Source: a virus (Duplodnaviria; Caudoviricetes). Taken from it: a stretch of 47,253 nucleotides of DNA. The first letter of the stretch is position 1. Every line of letters begins with the position of its first letter. A program made the position numbers and the translations under genes. This document shows, one piece after another, positions 20,001 through 30,200 of this stretch. The DNA lies in the IMG/VR virus record IMGVR_UViG_3300012952_000031, positions 1 through 47,253 of that record; one strand, 5' to 3'. The notes under the pieces are model-generated. The model ran no database searches, was not told the DNA's origin, and worked only from the letters and a program-made list of their open reading frames with translations.

Positions 20001-22355
20001 TAAAGATATATCCTGTGCAGTGGCAGCATAATTTGATCCACCATAAGGAACAGTAAAGTGACTAATGCGTCCATTTACTGCTATAACAGCTGTCTTCGTA
20101 CTATCATCTGCATCATATATTTCTTCTCCTTCAACAAAAGAACCAATTACTTTAGATAAAGTAAGAACTGTTCCGTAAGATAAGGTAGCAATTGATGGAT
20201 CATTATTACCCACAGAAAGACCACCTTCTACAACAGCAGTACTACCACTAATAGAACCAATAACGTTAGCTCCTGTATCAAAAGCGTGATTTCCTACTAA
20301 TTTAATTCTTGTAAATAAGATTGGGTTTGTATATGACAAATCAAATGTGCAATCTTGATTGCTTTTAGAAGAAATTACATTCTTTGTTTTATCAAATCCA
20401 TTAGGCTTATTTCTAAATTTAAAATCTCTTGCAATTGCACGACCAATGATAGGTGACATTGGCATTGTGTAATCAATAATACAACCATATACTATACTAC
20501 CATTAGAAGTTGAGTATATCATACAGGTGTTTACGTTTGCAGCTGTACCACCAATCGTTACATCTGCTTCACAAGGGCCTTGTGCTTGTTGTGCTATATG
20601 AATATTAGTAAGAGTCTTAATCGGACCTCTAAGAATTAACTCCTGCACAACGTGGGGTACAGAACCTGGATTCATAGAACTATCTTCTGCCCAAGCTGTT
20701 AATCCTTTAACATCATCTTTAAATGCTACGTTTGTACGACCAGCAATTACCTCTACTGGTGAATGGTTGGCTCCATCCCAAACATACATTGTCTTTGCAG
20801 CACCAGTTTTCAACGTTGTGAATACTACATCAGTAATACTAGCAATAGGATCTGCTGTAATTGCTACACCACTAGTAGTACTAGTACCTTGATATACCCA
20901 GATGCTCATTACAGCATCTTCGTTAGCGTAAGTTGTTCCTCTATATGTGTTTGTTGAAAATACCTTTGACTCCGTAGTATCTTCTGCTTCGACATATGAT
21001 CCGTTTATTACATTTTCACCATCAGGATTAGTTCCAAAATGAGAATCGATATACTTACGGTATAGATCTATCTTTTTAAATGGAGTAGCTTCACCATCAG
21101 GAGTGGAACTAATAGGAACAGTACCTTTTACAGAACGAAGAGGAATACGAGATAAAGGAGATCCATATATTCTAGTATTTTGTCTATCTTGTGTTGCTTT
21201 GGCTTTATCTAAATCTATGTACTTAGGATCTGTATTTTCTACTTCATAACCACGAATATATGCTTTACCTGGACCTACATTCAATACTAACTTATCAGCA
21301 GCTTCATCTGTAGTAAAACCATTAACTAAACCATCAGCATCAACATCATAGAATCCAGCACCATTTTTATTGTAATATTCCTTAATATCTGATGTAAATG
21401 GCTTGACAACATAGTCTCCAGATTCATCATACGTTCTACGTGCTAATATTTCTTCTATCTGACTAGGAGCAGTTTGCTTAATCTGTCTCTGTATTCTACC
21501 TTGTTGGAGATATAGTAACTGTACAAAATTCTTATTTGAAGGAGAATCAACATCAAACTTCTCTAGTTGGAGAGTAATCTTTAATCTATGTGCACCTGGT
21601 GCAGAGAAATTAGAATATCCCTGTGCATTATCCTTAAGAGATACATCGTCTTCAGGAGTAATGATTGTTTCTGTAATGGTCCAACCAACCTTATATGAAG
21701 TATCAGTAGCATACTTCGCTAAAATCAATGTCTGAGCGTCGTTTTGAACGAAATGACCATTGATAAAGTAAATACCTCTTTGGACGTTTACAGCAGATCC
21801 ATAACCCATTGCAGGACTACTTGAAGGTTTGATGCCATCAGAACCTACAACTAGAGTGGGATTATTGTCTGTAGTTTCGTTTTCTAACTTAAGTGACTCC
21901 CCTTGACGGAATCTACTATCTGAATTATCAGAACCTGAACTGATATACTTAACAAAAACGGTATCAGAATCTAGAGTCGTTTCGTATGAATAGTTATCAA
22001 TAAATGCCTTAACACCAGAAGTCTGGCCGACCATAACCTTGCCAACCAACTGAGAAATGTCGTATTTAACGAAGTTAATTTCACCATCAACATTCTGAGC
22101 AATTTGAGAGACGCTACTTAACTTAACATATTCATAAGTATCCGAATAAGATACTTCACCAGGGATCACCATCTGACCCTGTTTAAACATACTATTACCA
22201 ACCGACTCAAGTTGCCCCTGCAACATTGACTGTAGTTGGGTTAGTTCTCTGGCTTGGATAGAATATCCTGGACGGAATAGAATCCTATAGAAATTCTTCC
22301 CCGCATCAAAGTCGTCGAAATACGGGGTTCTATTCAGGTTGGTATTTTGTGGCAT
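14043..22355 (-). CDS. VrlC-like / DUF4815 large virion structural protein
   Basis: 2770 aa; PYFDDF..FYRILFRPG..IQARELTQLQS N-terminus, APGAHRLKI, LARRTYDESGDY, RFTMRDI..LEKKVERLE, RFKSGFVVDNF, DPLAQTF, Q.EDLKF, P.IRDLRAIA C-terminus; follows gp8. Confidence 0.88.
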   Translation of the reverse strand: MPQNTNLNRTPYFDDFDAGKNFYRILFRPGYSIQARELTQLQSMLQGQLESVGNSMFKQGQMVIPGEVSYSDTYEYVKLSSVSQIAQNVDGEINFVKYDISQLVGKVMVGQTSGVKAFIDNYSYETTLDSDTVFVKYISSGSDNSDSRFRQGESLKLENETTDNNPTLVVGSDGIKPSSSPAMGYGSAVNVQRGIYFINGHFVQNDAQTLILAKYATDTSYKVGWTITETIITPEDDVSLKDNAQGYSNFSAPGAHRLKITLQLEKFDVDSPSNKNFVQLLYLQQGRIQRQIKQTAPSQIEEILARRTYDESGDYVVKPFTSDIKEYYNKNGAGFYDVDADGLVNGFTTDEAADKLVLNVGPGKAYIRGYEVENTDPKYIDLDKAKATQDRQNTRIYGSPLSRIPLRSVKGTVPISSTPDGEATPFKKIDLYRKYIDSHFGTNPDGENVINGSYVEAEDTTESKVFSTNTYRGTTYANEDAVMSIWVYQGTSTTSGVAITADPIASITDVVFTTLKTGAAKTMYVWDGANHSPVEVIAGRTNVAFKDDVKGLTAWAEDSSMNPGSVPHVVQELILRGPIKTLTNIHIAQQAQGPCEADVTIGGTAANVNTCMIYSTSNGSIVYGCIIDYTMPMSPIIGRAIARDFKFRNKPNGFDKTKNVISSKSNQDCTFDLSYTNPILFTRIKLVGNHAFDTGANVIGSISGSTAVVEGGLSVGNNDPSIATLSYGTVLTLSKVIGSFVEGEEIYDADDSTKTAVIAVNGRISHFTVPYGGSNYAATAQDISLKIGNRKYQSNYITCTSAPANGINGQTNYIQKVRFTDLGYRQILDRFDVPPICSVSDSGTHSGSDPDAYVRAVLFKDVIQTYGIEDVRSLGMTHGSQSDKKLTGDIQFSDSDTTDLYTITNNLQWSGTADCDYIEATNYGARPSTDLVEDDLIQITISGKTYKYEVAKVCDPATDNPARIYLKQRLCRGFSSNTVTRVRAKIENSGKATLVIPLPNSKIAGTIKSDDDSGITYYSRKQFIESVTIDGVDNTVSIAAQLDYGQQQFAPFSPEDYVLEVYTLGTGSGIKYGGTNGDDVSQGDILYIDSSMVSVTSGASNNNAGALTVKLPLNYFFQSGGLQLTGMKLKLTATIETSKAKPKLKSSVINKRISINADIDNDIIPLRGDDYDNPTGQVKSYSDVYKLRYVYEGTPGIAPTVDENGDLLGNTGTNITDLFLFDDGQRDNLYDTATLVRKPGVRTPTGTMVIGFDYFQHSEGDFFTVDSYLHENGVSYDEIPSFTSLVHGKKSLGDLIDFRPLVGTSAQIPGYVNASVMDNNSNISEVFTQGGVSAALPSDTKTSIGTPYTFSCSYSYYVDRIDTVYLKKDGTFIVKKGAGSTNPQSAETVDEAIKVFKIYIPAYTDNTKKIKTFPIENKRFTMRDITKLEKKVERLERYTMLSVLEQGALNTQIKDIATGMDRFKSGFVVDNFESFSLSHINSVDYKASLDLTRGTLRPESKETTVSLMEADSSETARTLSKYVVNHGVVTLPFTESILCQNIFATNTTAVNPFLIFNYKGIAEITPNVDPWFDEDALPSVNNNDNQTLDPLEIYEDGENALSQIHNITQIAVCGNDSEFSNVNSLSSDAPDLPESEVVLASTNSSSNIAAQNTEIPLQQSSTTIGEKTLSTAITLYIKEQYIEFHLRRMKPNTRIYPFIDGLDVSDYLVPDRNYSGSPGSSLRNWGDTLVTDDTGSATGILFLSSGRKPAKGTGYEDDISALSFDANAPGLRFPLGDKKIKFTSSNTNAADPETFAIVTFKASALKEPAPNDIIALEGLDTSDKVDGTQYTENILNPAISVSDPLAQTFRVESFDGGVMASSIDLYFSAKDVTLPVTVKLTDTIAGRPTKNVIPGSISTMDSSTYIRVITSGSHTLIKNEIIEGDTSNAQGPLIGVLDSQNQPVPVVNDTYTLGTSQVYTLILGDHNKEDFIPGEPLVITSLTVANNSRSGDDIVNMQIVLDSGYVSEILVDDMGDGYPGSTTVTIESPQLPGGVTSTAIPQITDQKVYEITPTLGGSEYTTAPSVLIVGSGTLIARARAVLKITKPSVRMGVATSDKALVPTKFKFQYPVYLENDREYAVIIESQSTIYHTFLSRLGETEINSNSTVTTQPLLGSLFKSQNSNLWTENQYEDLKFDLYRAQFDTSEVGTINLINRDSGYNPLILNPLETNNGGANTTSSKLFAANNKVVKVLHKNHGLNVGSYVALKDCTSVGGYSTTALNRQILSVLNTGLDFYTVGMSTVAGGSVIGGGSNAKALGQSKFEKAYVKVDSLDFPSTTLATTVTTAMVKPIDSDVETVDYTLDKALPVILNKEYFFPTQRVVASKLNEKLFASRLNNNKSFTLSATLSTNNANLSPIISLKNPKAILTTNRVESAEGTEDRYGRKVQDVELHKTVLLQLKDSAGSPATLGSVNAIDVTSGTGQTVKGLTSGTRGILSYWDNGQTIGQLYVRITEGDGFIVDEPLEFGGSATYNLDLNGNSGTTSDGFTRPINVGGSLPLANFNIVAGDKLATNDDGKTGNVVRWNSENYRLTFTSNEFAFDTSDLFGKGASGDGTFLGGMAILNETFFVPVSIKRVYDSYGYLYTPDRLKNSSNVATYVTKEISIDNPANGINVILSAALQEIDDVTVMYKTKRSSEQIFFKDINWVYFNPIPTYSEKKNISGAPDVEVTPTSGTGFSPTTESQSDFKEYQYSIDNLKEFSSFAIKIIMKSRNPALPPRIRDLRAIATF

Positions 22356-22372
22356 CTCTTAAGACTCTTTAA

Positions 22373-24190
22373 TTAGAACTCAACTACGAGCTTGATATCT
22401 TCAATCTGGTCAGAAGCACGAGAGATAGCACGACGGTTCTCAATGTAAATGATATCGCCTGAGTTTTTCGCAATCTCTGCATTAGAAGCACCGCTTGCAA
22501 AAACTACACCGCCATCTGTCTGTCCACCAGGTGTATTATATGAACTATTTACCGTAGCAGTAGAAAGTGATCCTGCACCAGAAACAACATCAGCTGTGTT
22601 GGTAAATGGGTAAACAACGCCATTATGTGTATGACGATCAGGAGACTGGAAGTATTTAAGGATGTTGTATGTTACACCATCAACAGTTCCCTTCCAAGAA
22701 ACAACTGTACCCTTAGCAGTTACCGATGAACCACCAGAAGTATATGTCTGTGAAATCTCTTCATCAACGAAGAAATCACCAGAAGGACTCTGAACCTTCA
22801 ATGCAGGAGTTGCACTTAAGTTATCAGCAGTTGCAAAGTCTGTAGTACCGAAGTTGTATGGGTCACGAAGTAGACCAATACGACGGAAGTCATTATCTGT
22901 TGGGAAGTCACCTTCTCCTTCATCATAGGTCAAACGAGTGTTGACCATAACTCTTTTACCACCCAATTCTTCTACAGGGTCAGCACCGTGTCCACCTTGA
23001 GGAGGAATGATAACTTCTACAGCACCACCAGTTGCGTCACTGTTAGCGTCAATATCAGATCCAGTTGTTAATCCACTATCACTATAAACATCTCCAAAGT
23101 TGATAGATGCATATGTGTATCCAGTACCAGCAGCCTGTAGACTTGCCTCAACAATAGAACCAGAATCAACTACAAGTTTTGCAATACCAGCAGAACCATC
23201 ACCCTTAATTGGAGTGTAGTAAGTACCAGCATCATAGTTAGAACCTGAATCGGTAATAAGAATCGTATCTATAGCACCGTTAACAGCAGCAGAAGTAACA
23301 GCAGTTTCTTCAATAATTGGAAGGAAGTCAGTTGACAAGAACTTCAATACGCTGTCAGTAGGGATAGTATACATATACTTCCATACATATGGACGCTTAC
23401 CATCTGTTCTGAATCCTGGGTTACCAGCATCTTCTGGTTCGATAAAGACACCAGAGATAGACTGAACCTTAGTAGGTTCTGTAACTGATACTACACCGTT
23501 AGGATCTGTAGGAGTTTGACCATTATATAAACACTTAAAGACCTCATAGTTGCTATTCATCACATAGAATGTAGAAGCAAATAATGAGGTAGCACCAGTA
23601 GCAGCAGTCTTAGAACTAGAATAATCGGGCTTGTACATATCGTACACTGTGTTAGCACCGAAATTATAACGCTTAACCACGAATGTTAAATCATCTTTCT
23701 TAACTCTTTTAAGAGAGATCATATCATCGTAGATCTCGAACTTCTCTTCTTGAGAGTCAAAAGGTGATGTAGGAACGTTCTCAGATCCAGTCCTCCACAC
23801 ACCAGCCTTACCAGTAGCACCACTTGCATTACCAGTAACAGTAGTACCAGCAACGAAATTAGAGTTCTGACCTAGTGTACCATTTACACCAGATAATAGG
23901 ACAGAATTTGGAAATACTTTTTCGACTGTACCATATACAGAAGCACCACCAGGATATGAAGTACCTTGATATACAACCTCACCTACTTGAAAGGTGTTGT
24001 TGATTGCATAAAGTTCAAGATATGCTTTCCATTCTTGGGGTCTTCCAATAAAGAAGTAGAGTCTTGTACGTTGTGTACCTGCCTCAGCTGCTGCTTCTTC
24101 AGCAGGAGTGGAGGTTGTGGGTTCAGATAATGCCTCGACGAACTGTTGGGCATTATGTATCCTGAACAGATCAGTGATAATAGCAGACAT
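22373..24190 (-). CDS. gp8: Baseplate wedge subunit gp8
   Basis: 605 aa; MSAIITD.FRI.NA..F, LYFFIGRP, FYVMNS.Y.VFKCL.N, YVWKYMYTIP, NDFRRIGL, IYIENR..I.R..DQIEDIKLVVEF. Confidence 0.9.
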   Translation of the reverse strand: MSAIITDLFRIHNAQQFVEALSEPTTSTPAEEAAAEAGTQRTRLYFFIGRPQEWKAYLELYAINNTFQVGEVVYQGTSYPGGASVYGTVEKVFPNSVLLSGVNGTLGQNSNFVAGTTVTGNASGATGKAGVWRTGSENVPTSPFDSQEEKFEIYDDMISLKRVKKDDLTFVVKRYNFGANTVYDMYKPDYSSSKTAATGATSLFASTFYVMNSNYEVFKCLYNGQTPTDPNGVVSVTEPTKVQSISGVFIEPEDAGNPGFRTDGKRPYVWKYMYTIPTDSVLKFLSTDFLPIIEETAVTSAAVNGAIDTILITDSGSNYDAGTYYTPIKGDGSAGIAKLVVDSGSIVEASLQAAGTGYTYASINFGDVYSDSGLTTGSDIDANSDATGGAVEVIIPPQGGHGADPVEELGGKRVMVNTRLTYDEGEGDFPTDNDFRRIGLLRDPYNFGTTDFATADNLSATPALKVQSPSGDFFVDEEISQTYTSGGSSVTAKGTVVSWKGTVDGVTYNILKYFQSPDRHTHNGVVYPFTNTADVVSGAGSLSTATVNSSYNTPGGQTDGGVVFASGASNAEIAKNSGDIIYIENRRAISRASDQIEDIKLVVEF

Positions 24191-24228
24191 TGTTTTCTAA
24201 AAGTGTTTCTGAGACTGGATCCGAAAGT

Positions 24229-24242
24229 TATTTATATTTATA
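24229..24242 (-). promoter_or_regulatory. Two overlapping T4 late promoters upstream of gp8
   Basis: TATTTATA at 24229-24236 and 24235-24242. Confidence 0.85.
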
Positions 24243-27200
24243 GATCTAAATCTGCGGTGATTATATAGTCACCTGCGACATAGGAGTCAGTATTGGCATC
24301 ATTAAACCACATCAACCTGACACCATATTGATCTGATGTCATATTTGTAGAATCATCCATAGAGATACGGATTATCGTTGTGGCAGTTTGAGCAGTGGCT
24401 GAGATATTGTGGGTTACTGTACGCCAATCATCAAACGTAGAGTCTGAATAAGTCGCAACTGACCCAATATCATTGAATGTAGTTCCACCATCTATACTGT
24501 AACTCAGCATCAAATCGTTTATTCCAGCAGAAGGTGTATTACCACCATTGCTACCGTTACCACGAATCGCACTAAATGTTACCGTATTGTATGTAGTCAA
24601 GTCAGTAGGAGCAAATGTTGCGGATCTAGCTCCACTTGCACCTGAGAATAAGAGATAATTGATGTTGGAAGCAAAACCTCCTGTGCCTGTACCTGTACCA
24701 CCTGCAACGACTGATGCCCCTACATTAGTAGTACCGAAATCATAAGCACTAAATCCTTTTTCGACTACACCTATTGGATTGACACGTGTACACCCAACAA
24801 AACGATCGGCAAATGCTTGTGTATACGTAATCTTCTCTCTCTTATCTTGATCACTGGCACTTCCAATAATTAAACTACCTCCACTAGCAGGGAATCCAGC
24901 AGTAGATGTAACAAGTAAAGTATCTGTACCATTTGGATTATCCAAAGCAGGATACTTTAAAGTTGTACCAAAATGTATTTTTGATCCTTGCATAAAGTTG
25001 AAGTCATTGGTATCACCAGGAGCTACAACTTTAGAACCAGCAATTTCAGCATTTTCAAAATCACCAACGGCAAGGGTAGGATAGAAATCAGAGAAGAATC
25101 CAATAGTCATATCACCCATAACGTAGTTAATAGTATTTCCTTTACCATCCACATAAGAACCAGTGTTATTAGTGGTACTTTGAGGTTGGATTTCAAACTT
25201 GAAGCTTTCTAGGTACTCTAGATGAGGACCAAGAAGGCCAGGACTGAATGTATCCTTACCAATCAATGAATCACCTAAATTACCAGCCTGTCTCTCAAGA
25301 CAACCTGACTGAGCACTAATCTTAGTTTCTGTCTTCTTATATTTCGATAAAGCAACTGACACACCTTGTACACCACCAGTACACTGAGTTTGTGTAACTT
25401 TAGTTCCTTTATGATCACATTTAAGATCTGCTGGTCCTAATTCAAATAGAATTTGTGGTTGACGTTTTGTGGTAATATCACTCAGAGGAAGAATCTTTCT
25501 AATGATAACTCTAGGATCAGAAGTCCTATTAATCAGATATGAAGGACTACCAGCATTACCAAATACCAATGTGGTACCAAGAGGTAGCATTGATCTCCAT
25601 TGAGGAGCAGAACCACCTTTGAAGATAGTGTCGATATATGATCTAAGACCACAACGAAGATCTATCTGTCTGTTAATACCGAAAGTAGTAAGGTTCTTAA
25701 TATTAATAGGATCCTTACGAATAACGAAATATCCTCTAGTAAATAAAACTTGAGGTGGTACTTTATATCCCGATCCTGATGAAATAATTTCAATATCACT
25801 TACTTCACCTCTAGTAACGATAGCATTTGCACGTGCACCACCACCTGTAGGTGATCCAATAGCAACACCATTTTCATCAAGTAAAGAAGCACTACGGAAA
25901 ACTAGTACTGGTGGTTCACGATAATTCTTGGAAATTTGATCTTCTAAATCATCTGAGTATATTGATGAAGTATAACCATATTCTTGTGATATGTTATTAG
26001 CACTTGCATTAGCAGGTATAAATGCTCCACCAAGACGATCTTCACCTTTATTCAATACATTATCATTTCTCCAGTTAAACTGATTATCAAAGTAAGTACT
26101 GTTATCTCTCTTAGAAACAACAAGACTATTAACACCACCTGGTTTTAGATATTGAAGACCAATAGATTCAGTACCAACAGTACCATCAATATAAATTTTT
26201 TCACCTGGACGGAAATTAGCCTCTACTGGATCAGTGTAAGGATTGCCATCTAGGTAGTTACTATACAATTCTACAGTCTTTCTAGCAGGAACGTAGTTCT
26301 TAACTGTAGCCTGCCATACTATAGCAGAACTAGTATTATTCTGATCAGCATACTGAACCAGAATATCGCCTGGTAAATATTCCTGATTTAACTGTCTACT
26401 AGAAACAAGTGTGTGGTATCTTAATTCTGCGTCAATACGAGCAACAGCTTGTCCACCATCACCCTCAATCTGTCCAGAGTAAGGACCAACGTTAACCACA
26501 ACTTCATACTCATAAGATCTAAAGAATGATCCAACGGTAGTATCACTGTCATAACCAGAGGTTACAAGTGCTTCTCTAGCAGCACGTATGATTGAACGTG
26601 TATCTGCCTCACCGTCGATTTGAATAAGATCTCCTGGTTTCAAATTAGATTCTAATCTATCTTGTCTATTAAATAATCTTTCTCTAAGATCAACGTTAAC
26701 TAGTTCTTCTACTGCTGTAACATTAGCATCAAGTAAAGAAGCACTAGCTCCTCTATCTCTCGTGATACTTATAGTACCACCTTCCCAGTTAACTTTCTGT
26801 GCTGTAACACCTTCGACGAATATAAGGTTCCTAGAACCAGGTTCCCAGTTCTGCTTATAAATTCTACCTCTAGCATACGAATACTCATAGGTATGTGCAT
26901 TAGAACTAGCATCAGTTGATACCCAACAATCAGCACCTTCAACAGGAATGATAACCTGTGTATCTAAAGTTAACTTGAAGAACTTCTTAAATGTGCCAGG
27001 TGGCTCAATATTATATCCTAAGAGAATACGTTCTGGATCTAAACCAAAGTAGTACAGAATGAAGCAAGCAGATCCTGTTGAAGGAGGTTCATTGAAAATT
27101 ACATAGTTATCTTCTATCCTATACGCTACTTTATTTTGCTGAATAACGCCGTTCAATATAATTACAATATTTTGATTTCTTTCTGCATAGAAAGGAACAC

Positions 27201-30200
27201 CACTACGTTCTAATTCAAATATAGTCTGAGCACTATTAAACTGAGGTTCAATAGAATCTAACTTGTAGTACTTACCGTGCTTATATCCGAAGAACAGTTG
27301 TTGAATACCTGGAGCAATAACATCAGTACTAGTAGAAGTAACAGTAGTTAAAGTAGCTTCACTTTGAACATCTTCACCAGCAAGAAATTCCTTCTCAGTC
27401 ATTTCTACCTGAATCTTATTAGGATTAGGGAAGTCCTGAGTTATCGTCATTAGATAGTTGTTGTTATTAAAAGCAGTCTCCTTAATAGTTGTAGTAACTA
27501 TACTAAACAACGTATTGATAGCGGATTCAACTTGAGCACACTGAGGAAGTGAATCAACAGTAATAGTAAGATCTCTATTAGCAGTTAAAGTACTATGAAC
27601 AATAGGCCATCTTTCTGGAATAGTTCTTGCTACATTGGCTTCAAATGTAGTTGGAGATTGTACTGCATCCTCGATTAAAGTAACAAATGTATTAACAGCA
27701 GATTCTACAGCAGCACATTCATTAGATTCCTTAGTGATAGAGGGATCTTTAACTTGTGTCAAACCGTGAGATCCAACTGCATTAACAGTATTACTACGTA
27801 TTACGTTTGCAAGAATAGTCTTTAAATGTCCCATTACATTTAAGACTTCTGGTATTTGGTGTTGAATATGCTCTAAATATCCACTTCTATCAATGAATAA
27901 ATCAGCAGCATCCCATACCCTGTTATTACCACCATACTTAAGGTTCCATACAATAGCCTTAAGAATGTCTTTAACGTCATCGACACAATCACCAAGTGCA
28001 TCGTGTGAAGAAGCACGAGGATAGGTATGGACAGTTTCGTGATTATCCATTGAACAAGTCAATGAAAGAGCATCACGGAAGAACTTAAATCCAGTTCCTC
28101 TAGACAATCTATGTTCTCCAATATCCATTATCAAATCACCTGTAATAGGATCATATCTACCTACAGTTGGTTCGTATGCTAATGGAAGTGATTTACCTAC
28201 AAATAATGTAATTGTACCAGCACCAGCATCTACTGATTGTAGACTTAATGTTCTACCATATGCAGGATCAGTAGGTCTAGGATAAGAATGAGGAGTCTCA
28301 TTTGCATCCATCTGACATCTCATTACAAGAGCATTAGGATCTATTGTGATGGTATTAGAAGTAGTTAAACTATGTCCACCAATTGTAAGAACAAGAATAC
28401 CAGTGTCGGGTGCAAATGTTGCATTAGTTGGAGTAAACTTAGCACCTGTATTAGCAGTAATTGAATTAGTTAATGCTCTATCAAATGTATGCTGATAATC
28501 ACCACCTGTCAGAATTACTGCTCTCTTAACACTATTTGGTAATGAACCTTGATATACGTGAGTAGTAACGTTACTTGAAGGTACTGTAGTATTAACTTGT
28601 ACTTGGAATGTATCACTTGTCTTATTCATTACCTTCAACCAAGAACCAGATGCAGGATCTTTCTTGTGCTCAATACCATCAGTCATAGCCTGATTTGCTA
28701 CGAAACTATGTGCTGTGGTGTTAGTAGAAGGAATAATATCTAATACAGTAACATCGAATGTTTGTCCTGAAGCATTAGAAATTTCTAACCACTTATTACT
28801 TGGGTAATCCGTATACCTAGGATATGAGTGTTGTGTCTGATTCGTGTCTTCTGTACAAGTAAATGTAAGTGCACCATCTTTAAATCTAATCCAATCACCA
28901 TCAGATAAGTTGTGTGTAACACCAACATCTACTGTTAGTACACCTGTACTACCATCATATAAAGTACCATTACCAGCAGTAAAGGAATCAGTTATCGCTC
29001 TAGGATATGCGTGATCATCAGCCTGTCCATTTTCATCACAACGGAATATAACAGCACCGTCAGCAAATTGTACATAATCTCCATTATCAAACCCGTGACT
29101 GGTGATAGTGACTTCCATAATACCCGTTGATGGGGTATAAGTTGCATTAGTTGGTGTCTGACCTACCTGAGGTGAGAATAGATGAGGAGTTGTATTTGAA
29201 GATTTACCAACGTTTGTTACAATAACACCATCTTGCTTAACAATACCATTTACAAGAGCAGAAACAAATGTGTGAACGGTCTCGTTAGTAGAAGGTAAAG
29301 TCTCTAAACATTGTATGTCAAAAGTATCAGGTGTAACATTTGATACAGATATCCACTTATCACTAATAGGATCTGTTGCCCTAGGATATGGGTGCCTGGT
29401 TAAGTTACCATCTTCCGCACAAGTAAAGGTTAATGATCCATCTGCAATCTTAATCTTATCTCCACTTGTTAGTCCGTGACCTTGAGATGTAATGCATAAA
29501 GGACCAGCACCTTGGAATGTATGAGGAACATTATGACTAATAACACCTTGACCACCATTAACATTAACAGTTACACTAGTATCATCTACTTTAAGGATTG
29601 GTAGGAATACATCATAAGCATAATCAGCACCACTTGTAGTATTAGCACCTACTGCTCTAGGATATGTCTTGGTTTGAGTTACGCCATTGTACTCACAACT
29701 GAATGATAGTGAGTTAGCAGTGATCTTAATACTATCGTAAGTAGTAAGATTATGACCAGCACCTAAAGTTATTTGCATATCACCAGATGCAGGACTATAT
29801 GCAGCATCTGATGGTGTAAATTGGAGAGTAGGTACTGTTAGAGTTACTATTCCAGTATCAGGAGCATATGCAGCATTGGTAGCAGTAAGAGGAGTACCTT
29901 CATACTTGATATAAGCAGCATCATCATAATATGGATCAGCTATAGTACCAACACCAACTTCTATTGGTGCAGATGATCCTTGGAATGTATGAGTATAATT
30001 ACCACCACTAATTAATGCACCAGCAGTAGCACTTATGAATGTATGAGCAGAATTAACACTAATAGCACCTTGGCCACCATTAACGTTAAGTGTAATAGTA
30101 GTTCCAGTTGCTGATGTAATCTCTAATGGAGTATCGTAAGCATAATCAGCACCACTAGATGTCCCTGCTCCAGTTGCTCTTGGATATGTGCTTTGACTAG

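Noticed and set aside
14043-22355. Virulence factor (vrlC name)
   Set aside because: The name is historical; synteny after gp8 and domain content indicate a virion structural protein.
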